A stretch of 64,000 nucleotides of DNA from an uncultured Gemmatimonadales bacterium. GTDB lineage: Bacteria; Gemmatimonadota; Gemmatimonadetes; Gemmatimonadales; GWC2-71-9. Location of the stretch: NCBI GenBank assembly GCA_963795085.1, contig CAWCFX010000004.1, positions 672,001 to 736,000 on the forward strand, read 5' to 3'. The notes under the pieces are model-generated. The model did no database searches, was not told the DNA's origin, and was given only the letters and a program-made list of their open reading frames with translations. Shown here one piece after another: positions 27,757 through 39,303 of the stretch. How positions within the stretch are numbered: position 1 is the stretch's first letter; the number at the start of each line of letters is the position of its first letter. The position numbers and the translations under genes are program-made.

Positions 27757-30371
27757 AGTCATGGATCGTGCTGCCCGCCGTGGCACTTCTGCTCGGCTGC
27801 GACGCCCGCCCCGCCCAGACCCAGGCGCCCGGTACGGCCGGCCAGGCCCTTGCCGCCGGAGCGTATGACCAGGCCATCGCGCTCTATCGCCGCGATGCCG
27901 CCGAATCGGACGAAGCACGGCGCGGCCTGCTCCGCGCCCTGCTGGAGACCGGACGCTACGCGGAAGCCGAAGAAGAAGGGATCCGCTTCGCGGCGACACC
28001 CGGGGCCGAAGCGGAAATCTCCATGACCCTGGGATTAGCACTGGAGCGGCAGGGAAAGCTGGCCGAGGCGGAGCGCCGCTATCAACTGGCGGCAATGCGT
28101 GCTTCCGACAGCCTGGTGGCGCGGTTTCATCTCGCCCGACTCCAGTGGGACCGGGGAGACCGTGAAGCGGCTTACCAGGGGTTCGACCGCTTTATCGACT
28201 ACTACAACGCAGCCCCCGGGAGGCTCACCTCGGCCGAGCTGGCCGCCGTCGGAGGCGCGATGCGGTACCTCGGCCGCCGGGATCCCCAGCTCTACCGCGA
28301 TGCCCTCAAGGCCCTCGATGAAGCGATCGCCGCCGACAGCGGCAACCTCGACGCCCAGGTGCAGGCGGGCGAGTTGTTCCTGGAGAAATACAACAGCGGG
28401 GATGCCCGGGAGGCCTTTCTCCTGGTTCTCCGCCGCAATCCCAGGCACCCGGACGCGCTGCTCGGCCTGGCTCGCCAGCTCCAGTTCGATGGCCAGCCTG
28501 GCGCGGTGGAACAGGTGACGAAAGCGCTCGCGACCAACCCCAGGCATGCCGGCACGCTTGCCCACCTGGCCGCTCTGCAACTCGACGCGGAGCGGTATGA
28601 CAGCGCGCGGACCGTGGCCCGGGCCGCGCTGGCGGTGGACTCCACGTTTCTCCCCGCCATGGCCGTTCTGGCCGCTGTCCATCACCTCGACGGCGACCGC
28701 CGTGGGTTTGACCTGGTGCGGAGGCGTTCCCTGGCCCGGAACCCGCAGTCGGCCGAGTTGTACCGGGCCCTCGCTGAACTGAGCGCCCGGCACCGCCGCT
28801 ATTCCGATGCGGTCACCTTTGCGCGGGAAGGCGTCGCGCTCGACTCGACCGCCTGGGAAACATGGGGGCTGCTCGGCATCAATTTGCTGCGGACCCCGGG
28901 ATACGCCGAGGCCCGGCGCAACCTGGAAACGGCGTTCCGGGGCGATCCCTACAATATATGGATCAAGAATACCCTCGACCTGCTGGACACCCAGTCCGAT
29001 TACCGGGAGAGCAGAAGTGAACGCTTCGCTTTCCTTATAGAGAAGAAAGAGGCACCACTCCTGGAGCCCTACCTGGCCGCGGTTGCGGAGTCGGCGTGGA
29101 CCGCGCTGGCCGCACGTTATGGCCATCGTCCGGCGAACCGGGTCCGCCTGGAGGTGTACCGGCGCCACGCGGATTTCTCGGTGCGTACCGCCGGCCTTCC
29201 CGGTTTCGGAGCGCTGGGCGTGTCATTCGGCCCCATGCTGGTGATGGACTCACCCGGCGCGCGGGGCCGGGGCGAGTTCAACTGGGCCAGCACCGCATGG
29301 CATGAGATCGCCCACACCTTCACCCTCGGCGTCACCGAGAACCGGGTTCCCCGCTGGCTCTCCGAAGGACTCTCGGTGCTGGAAGAGCGCCGGGCCGGGA
29401 GGGGTTGGGGCGGACAGGCCTCGATTGACTTCCTGCTGGCCTGGCAGCAGCAGCGGCTGCATCCCGTGAGCCGGCTGAACGAGGGGTTCATCAATCCGAG
29501 CTACCCGGCCCAGGTGGTGCATTCCTATTACCAGGCTTCGCTGGTATGCGAGATGATCGAGCGGGATTTCGGATGGCCCAGGGTCCGGGCCCTGCTCGAC
29601 CAGTACCGCCAGGACCGCTCGCCCGAGGATGCGTTCCGGGCCGCCCTGGGGGTCACCCTCGAGGAGATGGACCGCCGGTTCTCCGCGTACATGCGGGACC
29701 GATTCGCCGGCCCGCTCAATGCTCTTACGGTCCCCGATGGACCGCCCCCGGACGATCCGGCGGTGGCTGTCGCCGCCGCCACCCGGAGCCCCGGCGACCT
29801 GCTGGCGCAGCTGCACGCCGGCCGGTTGCTGGTCGCCGCCGATCGGCTGGAGGAGTCGGTGCCGTTCCTGGAGCGGGCGCAGGCGCTCTTTCCGGAGTAC
29901 GGGGGTCCGGACAGCCCCTATCTGATGCTGGCCCGGGCCTTTCGCCGGAGCGATCCGGTGCGGGCCGAGCGAGAGCTGAGCCGGTACAGCGACCTCGCGG
30001 AGACCGATGTCGCGGCCAACCTCGAGCTGGCCGCCCTACGGCTCGAACTCGGGGACAGCGCCGGCGCCGCGGCGGCATTGGAGCGGTCGATCTGGATTCA
30101 CCCGTACGATCCCGACGTTCACCAGCGACTCGCGGCCCTGCTCATCGCCCGGCGCGACTTCGCCGGCGCAGCGCGGGAACGGGCGGCTGTCCTGGCGCTG
30201 GACCCGGTGGACCGGCCCGAGGCGCTGTACCAGCTGGCCCTGGTCCAGTTTCAGGGCCGGGACCTGGCCGCCGCCCGGCGGAACGTGGTGGCCGCGCTGG
30301 AACTGGCGCCGGCGTTCGAGCGGGCTCAGTCACTGCTGCTGGAGATTCGCCGCGCGGGAGCGACCCCATGA
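27753..30371 (+). CDS. TPR lipoprotein with central gluzincin (peptidase MA-like) domain
   Basis: LLLGC lipobox; many TPR repeats; HEIAH...VPRWLSEG zinc motif. Confidence 0.88.
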   Translation: MKSWIVLPAVALLLGCDARPAQTQAPGTAGQALAAGAYDQAIALYRRDAAESDEARRGLLRALLETGRYAEAEEEGIRFAATPGAEAEISMTLGLALERQGKLAEAERRYQLAAMRASDSLVARFHLARLQWDRGDREAAYQGFDRFIDYYNAAPGRLTSAELAAVGGAMRYLGRRDPQLYRDALKALDEAIAADSGNLDAQVQAGELFLEKYNSGDAREAFLLVLRRNPRHPDALLGLARQLQFDGQPGAVEQVTKALATNPRHAGTLAHLAALQLDAERYDSARTVARAALAVDSTFLPAMAVLAAVHHLDGDRRGFDLVRRRSLARNPQSAELYRALAELSARHRRYSDAVTFAREGVALDSTAWETWGLLGINLLRTPGYAEARRNLETAFRGDPYNIWIKNTLDLLDTQSDYRESRSERFAFLIEKKEAPLLEPYLAAVAESAWTALAARYGHRPANRVRLEVYRRHADFSVRTAGLPGFGALGVSFGPMLVMDSPGARGRGEFNWASTAWHEIAHTFTLGVTENRVPRWLSEGLSVLEERRAGRGWGGQASIDFLLAWQQQRLHPVSRLNEGFINPSYPAQVVHSYYQASLVCEMIERDFGWPRVRALLDQYRQDRSPEDAFRAALGVTLEEMDRRFSAYMRDRFAGPLNALTVPDGPPPDDPAVAVAAATRSPGDLLAQLHAGRLLVAADRLEESVPFLERAQALFPEYGGPDSPYLMLARAFRRSDPVRAERELSRYSDLAETDVAANLELAALRLELGDSAGAAAALERSIWIHPYDPDVHQRLAALLIARRDFAGAARERAAVLALDPVDRPEALYQLALVQFQGRDLAAARRNVVAALELAPAFERAQSLLLEIRRAGATP

Positions 30372-31135
30372 CCAGGCTCACCGTTCTGGTTCTGCTGCTG
30401 GTCCTGGCCGCGGGCGCGCCCGCCGCCGCCCAGCGGAGGGACGCCGAGGATCGGGTGGCGGCGGACCCCGCCAATAACCGGCCCTATACCGGACAGTTCA
30501 CCTTTGTCCGGATCATGTACCAGTCCCAGACCGGCGGACTGGGCCAGTTCCGCCGGCCCGACGTGCACTGGGACCACGACTACCCCCGGGCCGAACAGCA
30601 CTTTACCCGGATCCTCCAACAGATCACCACGCTTCGCCCGTACACGGAAGGCGGAAACATCCTCGCCCTGGATGACCCCGAACTGTTCAAGTACCCGCTG
30701 GCCTACATGGCGGAGCCGGGTTTCTGGACCATGACGGACCGGGAGATGGAGAGCGCCCGCGCCTACCTGCAGAAGGGCGGATTCATCATCTTCGACGATT
30801 TCGTGGACCAGCAGTGGTTCAATTTCGAGCGGCAGATCCGGCGGGTCCTGCCGGGTGCCCAACTGGTGAAACTGGATGCCAGCCACCCGATCTTCGACAC
30901 CTTCTACCGGATCGAATCATTGGAGTACCGGCATCCGTACTCTGGGTCACCCTCGGAGTTTTACGGGATCTTCGAGGACAACGATCCCACCAGGCGGCTG
31001 CTTACGATCGTGAACTACAACAACGATATCGCCGAGTACTGGGAGTGGTCGGACATGGGGTTGTTCCCGGTCGAGCTCTCCAACGAGGCCTACAAGCTGG
31101 GGGTGAACTACGTGGTGTATGCGATGACCCGGTGA
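30368..31135 (+). CDS. DUF4159 family protein
   Basis: Signal peptide; W.HDYP.AE, LFKYP.AY..EPG.W, YL.KGGF..FDDF, G.NY..YAMT. Confidence 0.88.
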   Translation: MTRLTVLVLLLVLAAGAPAAAQRRDAEDRVAADPANNRPYTGQFTFVRIMYQSQTGGLGQFRRPDVHWDHDYPRAEQHFTRILQQITTLRPYTEGGNILALDDPELFKYPLAYMAEPGFWTMTDREMESARAYLQKGGFIIFDDFVDQQWFNFERQIRRVLPGAQLVKLDASHPIFDTFYRIESLEYRHPYSGSPSEFYGIFEDNDPTRRLLTIVNYNNDIAEYWEWSDMGLFPVELSNEAYKLGVNYVVYAMTR

Positions 31136-31242
31136 GATGATGGTCGGCAGGCGGCAGCACACAAACGCTCAGACACGGCAATACCGCAGGCACCCAAGAC
31201 GGCCGCTGATGGCGAGCACTCGTCCTTTCAAGGAGTCACATC

Positions 31243-32259
<1,017 letters not shown>

Positions 32260-32265
32260 GCCGCC

Positions 32266-33203
32266 ATGCTCGCCGCCCACCGCCACCAGCCGGAGAGCGG
32301 GGCCCGGTTCATCGATCCCCGGGCACTCGCCCGGATCGCGAACCTGGAGCTGCTTGCCCGCACGGTAGTGGAAGGGTTTGTCAGCGGGCTGCACCGCTCT
32401 CCCCGCCTCGGCCTCTCCACCGATTTCGCGGAGCACCGCCCGTATCAGCCGGGCGATGATCTCCGGCGGCTGGACTGGAAACTCTTCGGCCGGACCGATC
32501 GCTTCTACCTCAAGGAGTTCGAGGCGGAGACCAATGCCGGCGTCACCGTGCTGCTGGATGGCTCCCGGTCGATGCATTACGGGAGCCAGGGCGTGACCAA
32601 GCTCGACTACGCCCGATACCTGGCGGCATCCCTGCTCTGGTTCTCCCAGAGCCAGCGGGACAAGGTGGGCCTGCTCACCTTTGACCGCGACATCCTGGAG
32701 CACGTTCCGCCCAGCACCCGCCGCCTTCCGCACTGCCTGCACGCCCTGGAACGGATGCGGGAACACCCCGCCGGTCCCGGGGCCAGCCTGCGCGCCCTGG
32801 AGGGCCCGCTTCGAAAGGCCGCCGAGTTGCTGACCCGGCGGGGCATCGTGATCCTGATCTCGGACCTGTACGAAGATCCCCAGGCCGTGCTGCACGCCTG
32901 CGGGCACCTCGGCCGCCGGGGCAATGACCTGGTCGTGCTCCAGGTGCTGGATCCCGCCGAGCTCACCTTTCCCTTAGTGACGCGGCCAGTTTCGAGGACA
33001 TGGAGACCGGTGAGCGCATTCCCATCGTACCGGACCGGGTAACTGCCGCGTACCGCGACAAGGTCACGCACCACCTCAGCGAACTGCGCCGGCTGCTGGG
33101 CCGGGGCGGCGTGGACTACGCCGCCTTCGAAACCTCGAAACCCCTGGACCACGCCCTGTTCAGCTACCTGAGCGCGCGCCAGCGGCGCAACCGGGTGCGC
33201 TGA
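32266..33203 (+). pseudogene. DUF58 (vWA-like) protein with a 1-nt frameshift at ~32974
   Basis: G.H.S...G.S.DFAEHR.Y.PGDD.R..DWK, LLDGSRSM, ISD; homology continues in another frame (SDAASFEDMETGE...) to TGA 33203. Confidence 0.85.
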
Positions 33204-35263
33204 TGGGACTCGGCTTCCTGGTTCCGCTCTTTCTGGCCGGGCTCGCCGCGCTGGCGATTCCCGTCGTGGTCCATCTCCTGAACCGGGAGCGGAAGGAGAT
33301 TGTCCGATTTCCGTCGCTCATGTTTCTGGAGCGCGTGCCGTATCGCGCCATCCGGCGTCAGACCATCCGGCATCCGCTCCTGCTGGCGCTCCGGGCCCTC
33401 GCGATCATCTTGCTGGTCGCCGCGTTCGCGCGGCCGTTCTTCCAGCGGGACCCCGGTCTGGCGATGGCTACCGCCGGCGGAACCGAGCGGGTGATCCTGC
33501 TCGACCGGTCGTACAGCATGGCGCGGAGCGGGCGGTGGGAGCGGGCGCTCCGGGCGGTGCGGGAAGAGCTGGAAAACTCCGGGCCATCGGACCGGGTTTC
33601 CTTGGTGGCCTTCGACGAGCGGGTCTCCCTGGCCTTCGCGTCTTCGGTTCCCCCGGCCGCCGGCGGGGTAACGGACAGCCTGGCGCCGGGGAGCCGGGGC
33701 ACCCGGCTGGGGCCGGCGCTCGCCGCCGCACGCGAGGTACTGGCCGGATCGTCGCTGCCCCGCCGTGAGGTCGTCATCGTGAGCGATCTTCAGCGCAATG
33801 CCTGGGACGGTCGGAGCGAGGGGCGGCTTCCCTCCAATGTCGAGACGAGAATCATCGATCTGTCCGATTCGGCCACGGGCAACGCCCTGGTCGCCGGTGT
33901 GGAAGTGAGCCGGGAAATGCGGGGCGGGCAGGTCATGGGCAGCGTGGTTGCGAATATCAGGAACCAGGGGCCGGCTGCCACCAGTCGCCGTGCCGTGCTC
34001 GAAATCCAGGGCAGGGTCCAGGAAAGCCGGACCGTCACGGTGCCGGCCCAGGGCACAGCCACGGTCCGGTTCGCGGCGCTTCCGGTGCCGCCCCGTCCGG
34101 CGGCGGCCTCGGTCCGGATGGACCCGGACGTGCTGGCGGCGGACGATATCTTTCATTTCACGCTCTCCCGCGACCAGTCCCTGCCCATCCTGGTGCTGAG
34201 CCGGATGCCCGGGTCGCGTTCACTCTTTCTTCGCCGCGCCCTGGGGCTGGGCCGGGACCCTCCTTTCGACCTCACGATCCAGGCTCCCGCCACGGTGAGC
34301 CCGGCTTCGCTCGGCGGCTACGCCGTGATCGTGCTCAACAATCTTGATTTTCCCGGCGGCGCCCTCGGTGCCGCGCTGCGGGAGCGGGTGGAGCGGGGCG
34401 CCGGCCTCATCGTGATCCTGGGAGAGGCCGCCGACCCGTCCCGGTGGACCGCGGCCGATGCCGCCCTGCTGCCCGCGACTGTCCCGGCGATGGTGGACCG
34501 CACCGGGGATCACGGCGGGCGCATCGCCGCGCTGGAACGCTCCCACCATGTGTTCCAGCCGTTCGCGGGTCCCCGGAGCGGGGACTTCTCCGCCTCACGA
34601 TTTCTCCGCTATCGCCCCCTGGAGCCCGGGGACAGCGCGACCGCGCTCGCCTGGTTCGATGACGGACATGTGGCGCTGGTTGAAGGCCGGGCGGGTCACG
34701 GTCGCGTCCTGGTCTGGGGATCGACCATGGATGATTTCTGGAATGACCTGGTGCTGCAACCGGTCTTCCTTCCATTCGTGCATGCCCTGGTTCGGCACGC
34801 TGCGGGCTTCACCCCCGATCCCCTCTGGCGAACCGTGGGCCAGCGGGTCCGGCTTGCGGACAGCGACAGCGCCGCGGAGCCGCCGGTCCTGGTGAGGCCC
34901 GGTGGCGGACGGCAGCGACTGGAGCCGGGAAGCGGCGCGGTCGAGCTTCACGACCCGGGATTCTATGAGGTCCAGAACAATGCCCGAGAGACGGCACGCC
35001 TGCTCGCGGTGAACGTGGATCGGGCGGAGTCGGAAACCGCGCGATGGAACCCCGATGAACTCCGGGCCGCGATCACTTCCGGCGACACCCTGGCGACCGC
35101 CGGCGGTGCGGCCGTCCTTACCGCCGCCGAGCGGGAATCCCGGCAGCGGGTCTGGTGGTTCCTGCTGGTTGCCGCCGCCATGGTGCTGCTGGCCGAATCG
35201 TTGCTGGCCAGCCGGATAAGCCGGACGCGACTCGGGTTACGGCAGGAGCCGGGAAGAACCTGA
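33203..35263 (+). CDS. BatA N-terminal double-TM + vWA domain protein
   Basis: F..P.FL.GL.ALAIP.VVHL......FPSL.FL, LLLALR, ARP; MIDAS DRSYS, VSDLQ; C-terminal TM. Confidence 0.9.
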   Translation: MGLGFLVPLFLAGLAALAIPVVVHLLNRERKEIVRFPSLMFLERVPYRAIRRQTIRHPLLLALRALAIILLVAAFARPFFQRDPGLAMATAGGTERVILLDRSYSMARSGRWERALRAVREELENSGPSDRVSLVAFDERVSLAFASSVPPAAGGVTDSLAPGSRGTRLGPALAAAREVLAGSSLPRREVVIVSDLQRNAWDGRSEGRLPSNVETRIIDLSDSATGNALVAGVEVSREMRGGQVMGSVVANIRNQGPAATSRRAVLEIQGRVQESRTVTVPAQGTATVRFAALPVPPRPAAASVRMDPDVLAADDIFHFTLSRDQSLPILVLSRMPGSRSLFLRRALGLGRDPPFDLTIQAPATVSPASLGGYAVIVLNNLDFPGGALGAALRERVERGAGLIVILGEAADPSRWTAADAALLPATVPAMVDRTGDHGGRIAALERSHHVFQPFAGPRSGDFSASRFLRYRPLEPGDSATALAWFDDGHVALVEGRAGHGRVLVWGSTMDDFWNDLVLQPVFLPFVHALVRHAAGFTPDPLWRTVGQRVRLADSDSAAEPPVLVRPGGGRQRLEPGSGAVELHDPGFYEVQNNARETARLLAVNVDRAESETARWNPDELRAAITSGDTLATAGGAAVLTAAERESRQRVWWFLLVAAAMVLLAESLLASRISRTRLGLRQEPGRT

Positions 35264-35278
35264 TGGGCGGGAGGTCCA

Positions 35279-38200
35279 ATGACTGATTCAGACTATCGCG
35301 AAGAGCTGCGCCGGGTGATCCGGCTGGTCCGCAACCGGTACCGGTGGCGGGTGCTGCTGACCGGTGCGGCCATCCTGTTCGCCGCCATGCTGGGCCTCCT
35401 GGTCGCGTCCGCCTTCCTGCTGGAATGGCTGAAGTTTACCCCCGTCGGCGTGACCCTCGTGCGGGCCGGGTTCTACCTGCTGCTCGGCGCGGTGCTGCTG
35501 CGCTGGCTGGTCCTGCCGCTGTCCCGCCGCCACTCCGATGGCGAGATCGCACTCTATATAGAAACCCACGAACCCACCCTGCAGGCGGCGGTGCTGAGCG
35601 CCGTGGAGTACGACGCAGCCGAGGCCGGCGGGTCTCCCGGCCTGGTGCGCCGGCTGCTGCAGGAGGCCGTCGAGAGAACCCGGGCCGTGGAGGAGGGCCG
35701 CCGGATCGAGCGGCGCCGGCTGCGCTGGTTGCCGGGTGCCGTGGCCGGCGCGGTTGGAGCCATGGTGCTGCTGGCGCTCTTCGGCCCTCCCTCGGCACGC
35801 ACGGTGATGCAGGTGCTCTTCATGCCCTGGAGCAGCGCGGAAGCGGCGCAACCTTATGCCGTCCTGGTGGAGCCGGGGAATACCGTGGTGCCGCGCGGAG
35901 GCGACGCGCGGATCACGGCCCGGCTCCGCGGCTTCGAGAGCGACCAGGTGGTGCTCCATCTTCGGCGGCTGGACAGCCTGGGCCCCTCGGCCTGGGAAGC
36001 CACCGCGATGGGCGAGGGCATGGTTCCCGGCACCTGGCTGGCCGAACTGTTCGGCCTGGAGGTGAATGCGGAGTACTACGTCGAGGCCAGCGGGGTGAAG
36101 TCGCCCGCCTATCGGCTCGAGGTGCGCGACCTGCCCTATACCCGGTCGATCGACCTGGAATACCGGTATCCCGCCTATACCGGTCTGCCGGCCCAGCGCG
36201 TCCCCGACGGTGGGGATATCGCGGTCCTCCGCGGCACCCGGGTGATCGTGCTGGTCACGCCCACCATGCCGGCCGGCGGAGGCCAGCTGGTGGTGGAGGG
36301 CGCGGAGCCGGTCCCCCTGGTCCCGGCCGACAGCGGCAGGCTGCGCGGGGTCTTCACCGTGCAGGGCAATGGCTTCTACCACATCCAGCTGATGGGCAGT
36401 GACAGCGCGATGGTCCGGGCGTCGCTCGACTACGCCATCGAATCGCTGGGAGACCAGCCCCCGCTGGTGCAGATCACCAGGCCGGGGCGGGATACCCGGG
36501 TGACTTCACTCGAGGAAGTCTTCATCGAAGCGCGGGGCGAGGACGATTTCGGCGTCCAGAAGATGGAACTGGTCTATTCGGTGAATGGCGGGCCGGAGCA
36601 GACGGTCGAGCTCCGCGCGCCGGGCGGCCGCCGGCTGACCGAGGTTGCCGCGGGGCACACGCTGTACCTCGAGGAATATGACCTGGAGCCGGGCGACGTG
36701 GTGAGCTACCACGCGCGGGCCTGGGACGCTAATCCGTTCGGCGGACCGGGGTCGGGAAGTACCGATATCTACTTCCTCACGGTGCGTCCGTTCGACCGGG
36801 AGTATCGCGAAGCGGAACAGGCCGGCATGCCGGGACAGCAGGGAGATTCGCCGGAAGGACTCTCCGAGCAGCAGAAAGAGATCGTGTCCGCCACCTTCAA
36901 GGCCAACCGCGACCGGGCCGCCATTTCGCCGGCGGAATGGCAGGAAAACCTGGCGACCATTGCCCTGGCCCAGGGCCGGCTTCGGCAGCAGGCGGAGACG
37001 CTGGGCCGCCGGCTGGTCCAGCGCGGGCTCAGCGGCAGCGACTCGACCTTCGCGGCGATCGCGGCCGAGCTTCCGGCGGCCATCGAGGCCATGAAGCAGG
37101 CGGAGGAACAGCTGGGCCGGCGGGAGCCGGCCGAGGCGTTGCCGCCGGAACAGCGGGCCCTGCAGCACCTGCAGCGGGCGGAAGCCGCATTCCGGGAAGT
37201 CCAGGTCAGCCAGGGGAATCAACCCGGCGGGGGCGGCCGGTCGCAGTCCAGCGCCGAAGAGCTCGCGGACCTCTTTGAGCTGGAAAACGACCGGCGACAG
37301 AACCAGTACGAGACGGTGCAGCGGGGCCGGGAGGAACAGGCGCAGCAGGAGATGGACGCGGTGATGGAGCGGCTCAAGGAGCTGGCCAGCCGGCAGCAGC
37401 AGGAGAACGAACGGATGCTGCGGGAAGCGGAGCGGATGCGGCAGTCGGGCGGGGCCGGTGGCGGGTCCGCCAGTCAGCGGCGGCTGGCCCAGGAAGTGGA
37501 TTCTCTCGCCCGAAGGCTGGAACGGCTCACCCGGGAGCAGCGTTCCCCAGAATTGCAGGAGACGATGCGCCGCCTGCAGGAAGCGGCCGACGCAATGCGC
37601 CGCTCCGCCGCCCAGCCCGGCCAGGGAGGGGGACTGGGAAGCCGGGCGCTGGAACGCATCGAGGAGGCCCGGCGGCTGCTGGAGCAGGGGAGCGCCTCAA
37701 GGGTACGGGAGAACCTGGAACGCAACGCGAACCAGGCGCGCCGGCTGGCGCAGGAACAGCGTGATGTCCAGCGTCAGGCTGGGGCGCTCAAGCCGGGAGA
37801 CGCCGCGGAACGCCGCCGCCTGGAACAGGCCAAGGACCGAATGGCCGGCGAACTGCGCGACCTGGAGAACCAGTTGGAGCGCGCCGGGCGGGAAGCGCGC
37901 AGCGACCAGCGTGAGGCGGCCCGGCAGGTCCAGGAGGCCGTGACCGGCCTGCGCGAGCGGCGGGTGCGGGAAAAGATCGAATACTCGCGGGGCCTGCTGG
38001 GGTCGGGACAGGCTTCCCGGCAGTTCGAAGAGAATATCGCCGCCAACCTGGACCAGCTGGAGCAGGACCTCGAAGAGGCGGTCGCGGCGGTTGGCGAGAA
38101 TCAGGGCCAGCGCGCCGAACGGGCGCTGGAACGCACCCGGGCGCTCGCCCAGGGGTTGGAGTCATTGGCCGAACGAGCCCGGCAGGCGCAGGAGGGCGGC

Positions 38201-38656
38201 CAGCCCGGGGGGCAGGCCAACGGAACGCCACGGCCCGGCGCTACGCCAGGCGGAGAGCGGGAACCGCCCGCGGGCGATGCGGCTCCCGATACACCGGGGG
38301 GACGAACGAACGGGATCGATCCCCGCCAGCTGGGCCGCGAATTGCGAGAGCGGCGGATGGACTCGGAGCAGCTTCGGCGCGAGTTACAGGAGGAGGGAGT
38401 GGACGTGGCCGACCTGGACCGGGTCATCAGCCGGCTCCGGGGATTGGAAGGCCGCGGCATCGGCAGCGACCGGCAGGCGCTCGAGATGCTGCGATCGGAG
38501 GTGATTGCCGGGCTCCAGGAGTTCGAGTTCGCGCTGCGCCGGGCGCTGGCCGGCCCCGATCCCCGGCGACCCCTCTCCGGCCGCCAGGGCGAGGTGGCGC
38601 CGGAATACCGGGAACTGGTGGAGAAGTACTACGAGAGCCTGGCGGGGGAGGAATGA
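35279..38656 (+). CDS. Large membrane protein with Ig-like domains and long coiled coil (DUF4175-like)
   Basis: Three N-terminal TMs, Y.YPAYTG and D.PP/DDFG Ig motifs, Q/E/R-rich helices, C-terminal PEYRELVEKYYESL. Confidence 0.82.
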   Translation: MTDSDYREELRRVIRLVRNRYRWRVLLTGAAILFAAMLGLLVASAFLLEWLKFTPVGVTLVRAGFYLLLGAVLLRWLVLPLSRRHSDGEIALYIETHEPTLQAAVLSAVEYDAAEAGGSPGLVRRLLQEAVERTRAVEEGRRIERRRLRWLPGAVAGAVGAMVLLALFGPPSARTVMQVLFMPWSSAEAAQPYAVLVEPGNTVVPRGGDARITARLRGFESDQVVLHLRRLDSLGPSAWEATAMGEGMVPGTWLAELFGLEVNAEYYVEASGVKSPAYRLEVRDLPYTRSIDLEYRYPAYTGLPAQRVPDGGDIAVLRGTRVIVLVTPTMPAGGGQLVVEGAEPVPLVPADSGRLRGVFTVQGNGFYHIQLMGSDSAMVRASLDYAIESLGDQPPLVQITRPGRDTRVTSLEEVFIEARGEDDFGVQKMELVYSVNGGPEQTVELRAPGGRRLTEVAAGHTLYLEEYDLEPGDVVSYHARAWDANPFGGPGSGSTDIYFLTVRPFDREYREAEQAGMPGQQGDSPEGLSEQQKEIVSATFKANRDRAAISPAEWQENLATIALAQGRLRQQAETLGRRLVQRGLSGSDSTFAAIAAELPAAIEAMKQAEEQLGRREPAEALPPEQRALQHLQRAEAAFREVQVSQGNQPGGGGRSQSSAEELADLFELENDRRQNQYETVQRGREEQAQQEMDAVMERLKELASRQQQENERMLREAERMRQSGGAGGGSASQRRLAQEVDSLARRLERLTREQRSPELQETMRRLQEAADAMRRSAAQPGQGGGLGSRALERIEEARRLLEQGSASRVRENLERNANQARRLAQEQRDVQRQAGALKPGDAAERRRLEQAKDRMAGELRDLENQLERAGREARSDQREAARQVQEAVTGLRERRVREKIEYSRGLLGSGQASRQFEENIAANLDQLEQDLEEAVAAVGENQGQRAERALERTRALAQGLESLAERARQAQEGGQPGGQANGTPRPGATPGGEREPPAGDAAPDTPGGRTNGIDPRQLGRELRERRMDSEQLRRELQEEGVDVADLDRVISRLRGLEGRGIGSDRQALEMLRSEVIAGLQEFEFALRRALAGPDPRRPLSGRQGEVAPEYRELVEKYYESLAGEE

Positions 38657-38658
38657 AG

Positions 38659-38730
38659 AAATTGAAGAAATTGAGGGAATTGAGGGAATTGAGGGAATTG
38701 ATGGAATTGAGGGAATTGAGGGAATTGAGA
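38659..38730 (+). repeat. GAATTGAGG 9-mer repeat family, copy 2 (8 units)
   Basis: aaattgaag aaattgagg (gaattgagg)2 gaattgatg (gaattgagg)2 gaattgaga, after stop 38656. Confidence 0.9.
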
Positions 38731-38793
38731 CGAAAACGGGGGATCCTTCCAGAGCCGTGGAGAGATCCCCCGTTCGGTCCAGCCCAGCCCAGC

Positions 38794-39246
38794 TCAGGAA
38801 GATGTTGCTTTTCGGTCAAAGATCTTGTTCACGATCTGCCACTGCCCGTTGATCTTGAGCAGGGACATGTAATCGGTGAGGACGGCATTGGCCGAGGTCA
38901 GCCTGAGCTTGGCGACGGCCGCCGTCCCTGAAATATCTATCGAGACGATCTCCTTCCTGGTCTGGTCCGGGGTTGATCCAGCGGCCCGGGGGGCGGCCAC
39001 CCGGGACAGGTAGTCGGGAAAGATCGGCATCCGCACGAACTGGGTGTCCCGGACGAAGAACATCATCGCGACCTTGTTGAATGCCTTCGCGACGACGGCG
39101 GAATCCCTGGCGGTCCCCCCCTCGAAGTAGTACCCGACCACCTTCCGGATAGCTTCCTCGTCCGGGTTCGCCGGCCGGGCAGCCAGCAGGGGGACGCTGA
39201 CCAGTGCCAATCCCATGACGGCCAGGGCTCGAACACGATTTGTCAT
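38794..39246 (-). CDS. Secreted NTF2-like (lumazine-binding-2) protein
   Basis: AI..V...Y.EG......AF; I.SIDISG..A.AKL.......TDYMSLLKI.G.W.IVNK. Confidence 0.88.
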   Translation of the reverse strand: MTNRVRALAVMGLALVSVPLLAARPANPDEEAIRKVVGYYFEGGTARDSAVVAKAFNKVAMMFFVRDTQFVRMPIFPDYLSRVAAPRAAGSTPDQTRKEIVSIDISGTAAVAKLRLTSANAVLTDYMSLLKINGQWQIVNKIFDRKATSS

Positions 39247-39303
39247 TGCAGTAGCTCCAGGTTTGGCGTAAATCCCGCTCACCTCTCGATTGTCACTCGT
39301 CAT

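Noticed and set aside
31136..31242. Repeat or structured RNA between DUF4159 and moxR
   Set aside because: Only weak degenerate periodicity and no convincing stem.
32965..32980. Programmed -1 ribosomal frameshift in DUF58
   Set aside because: No canonical X XXY YYZ slippery heptamer in frame, and no recoding known to me for this family; an indel is simpler.
38653..38931. ORFs with ELR/GIE or GQWDSGTV repeats (also 41663-41869, 54865-55113)
   Set aside because: Translations of intergenic DNA repeats that overlap real genes on the other strand.
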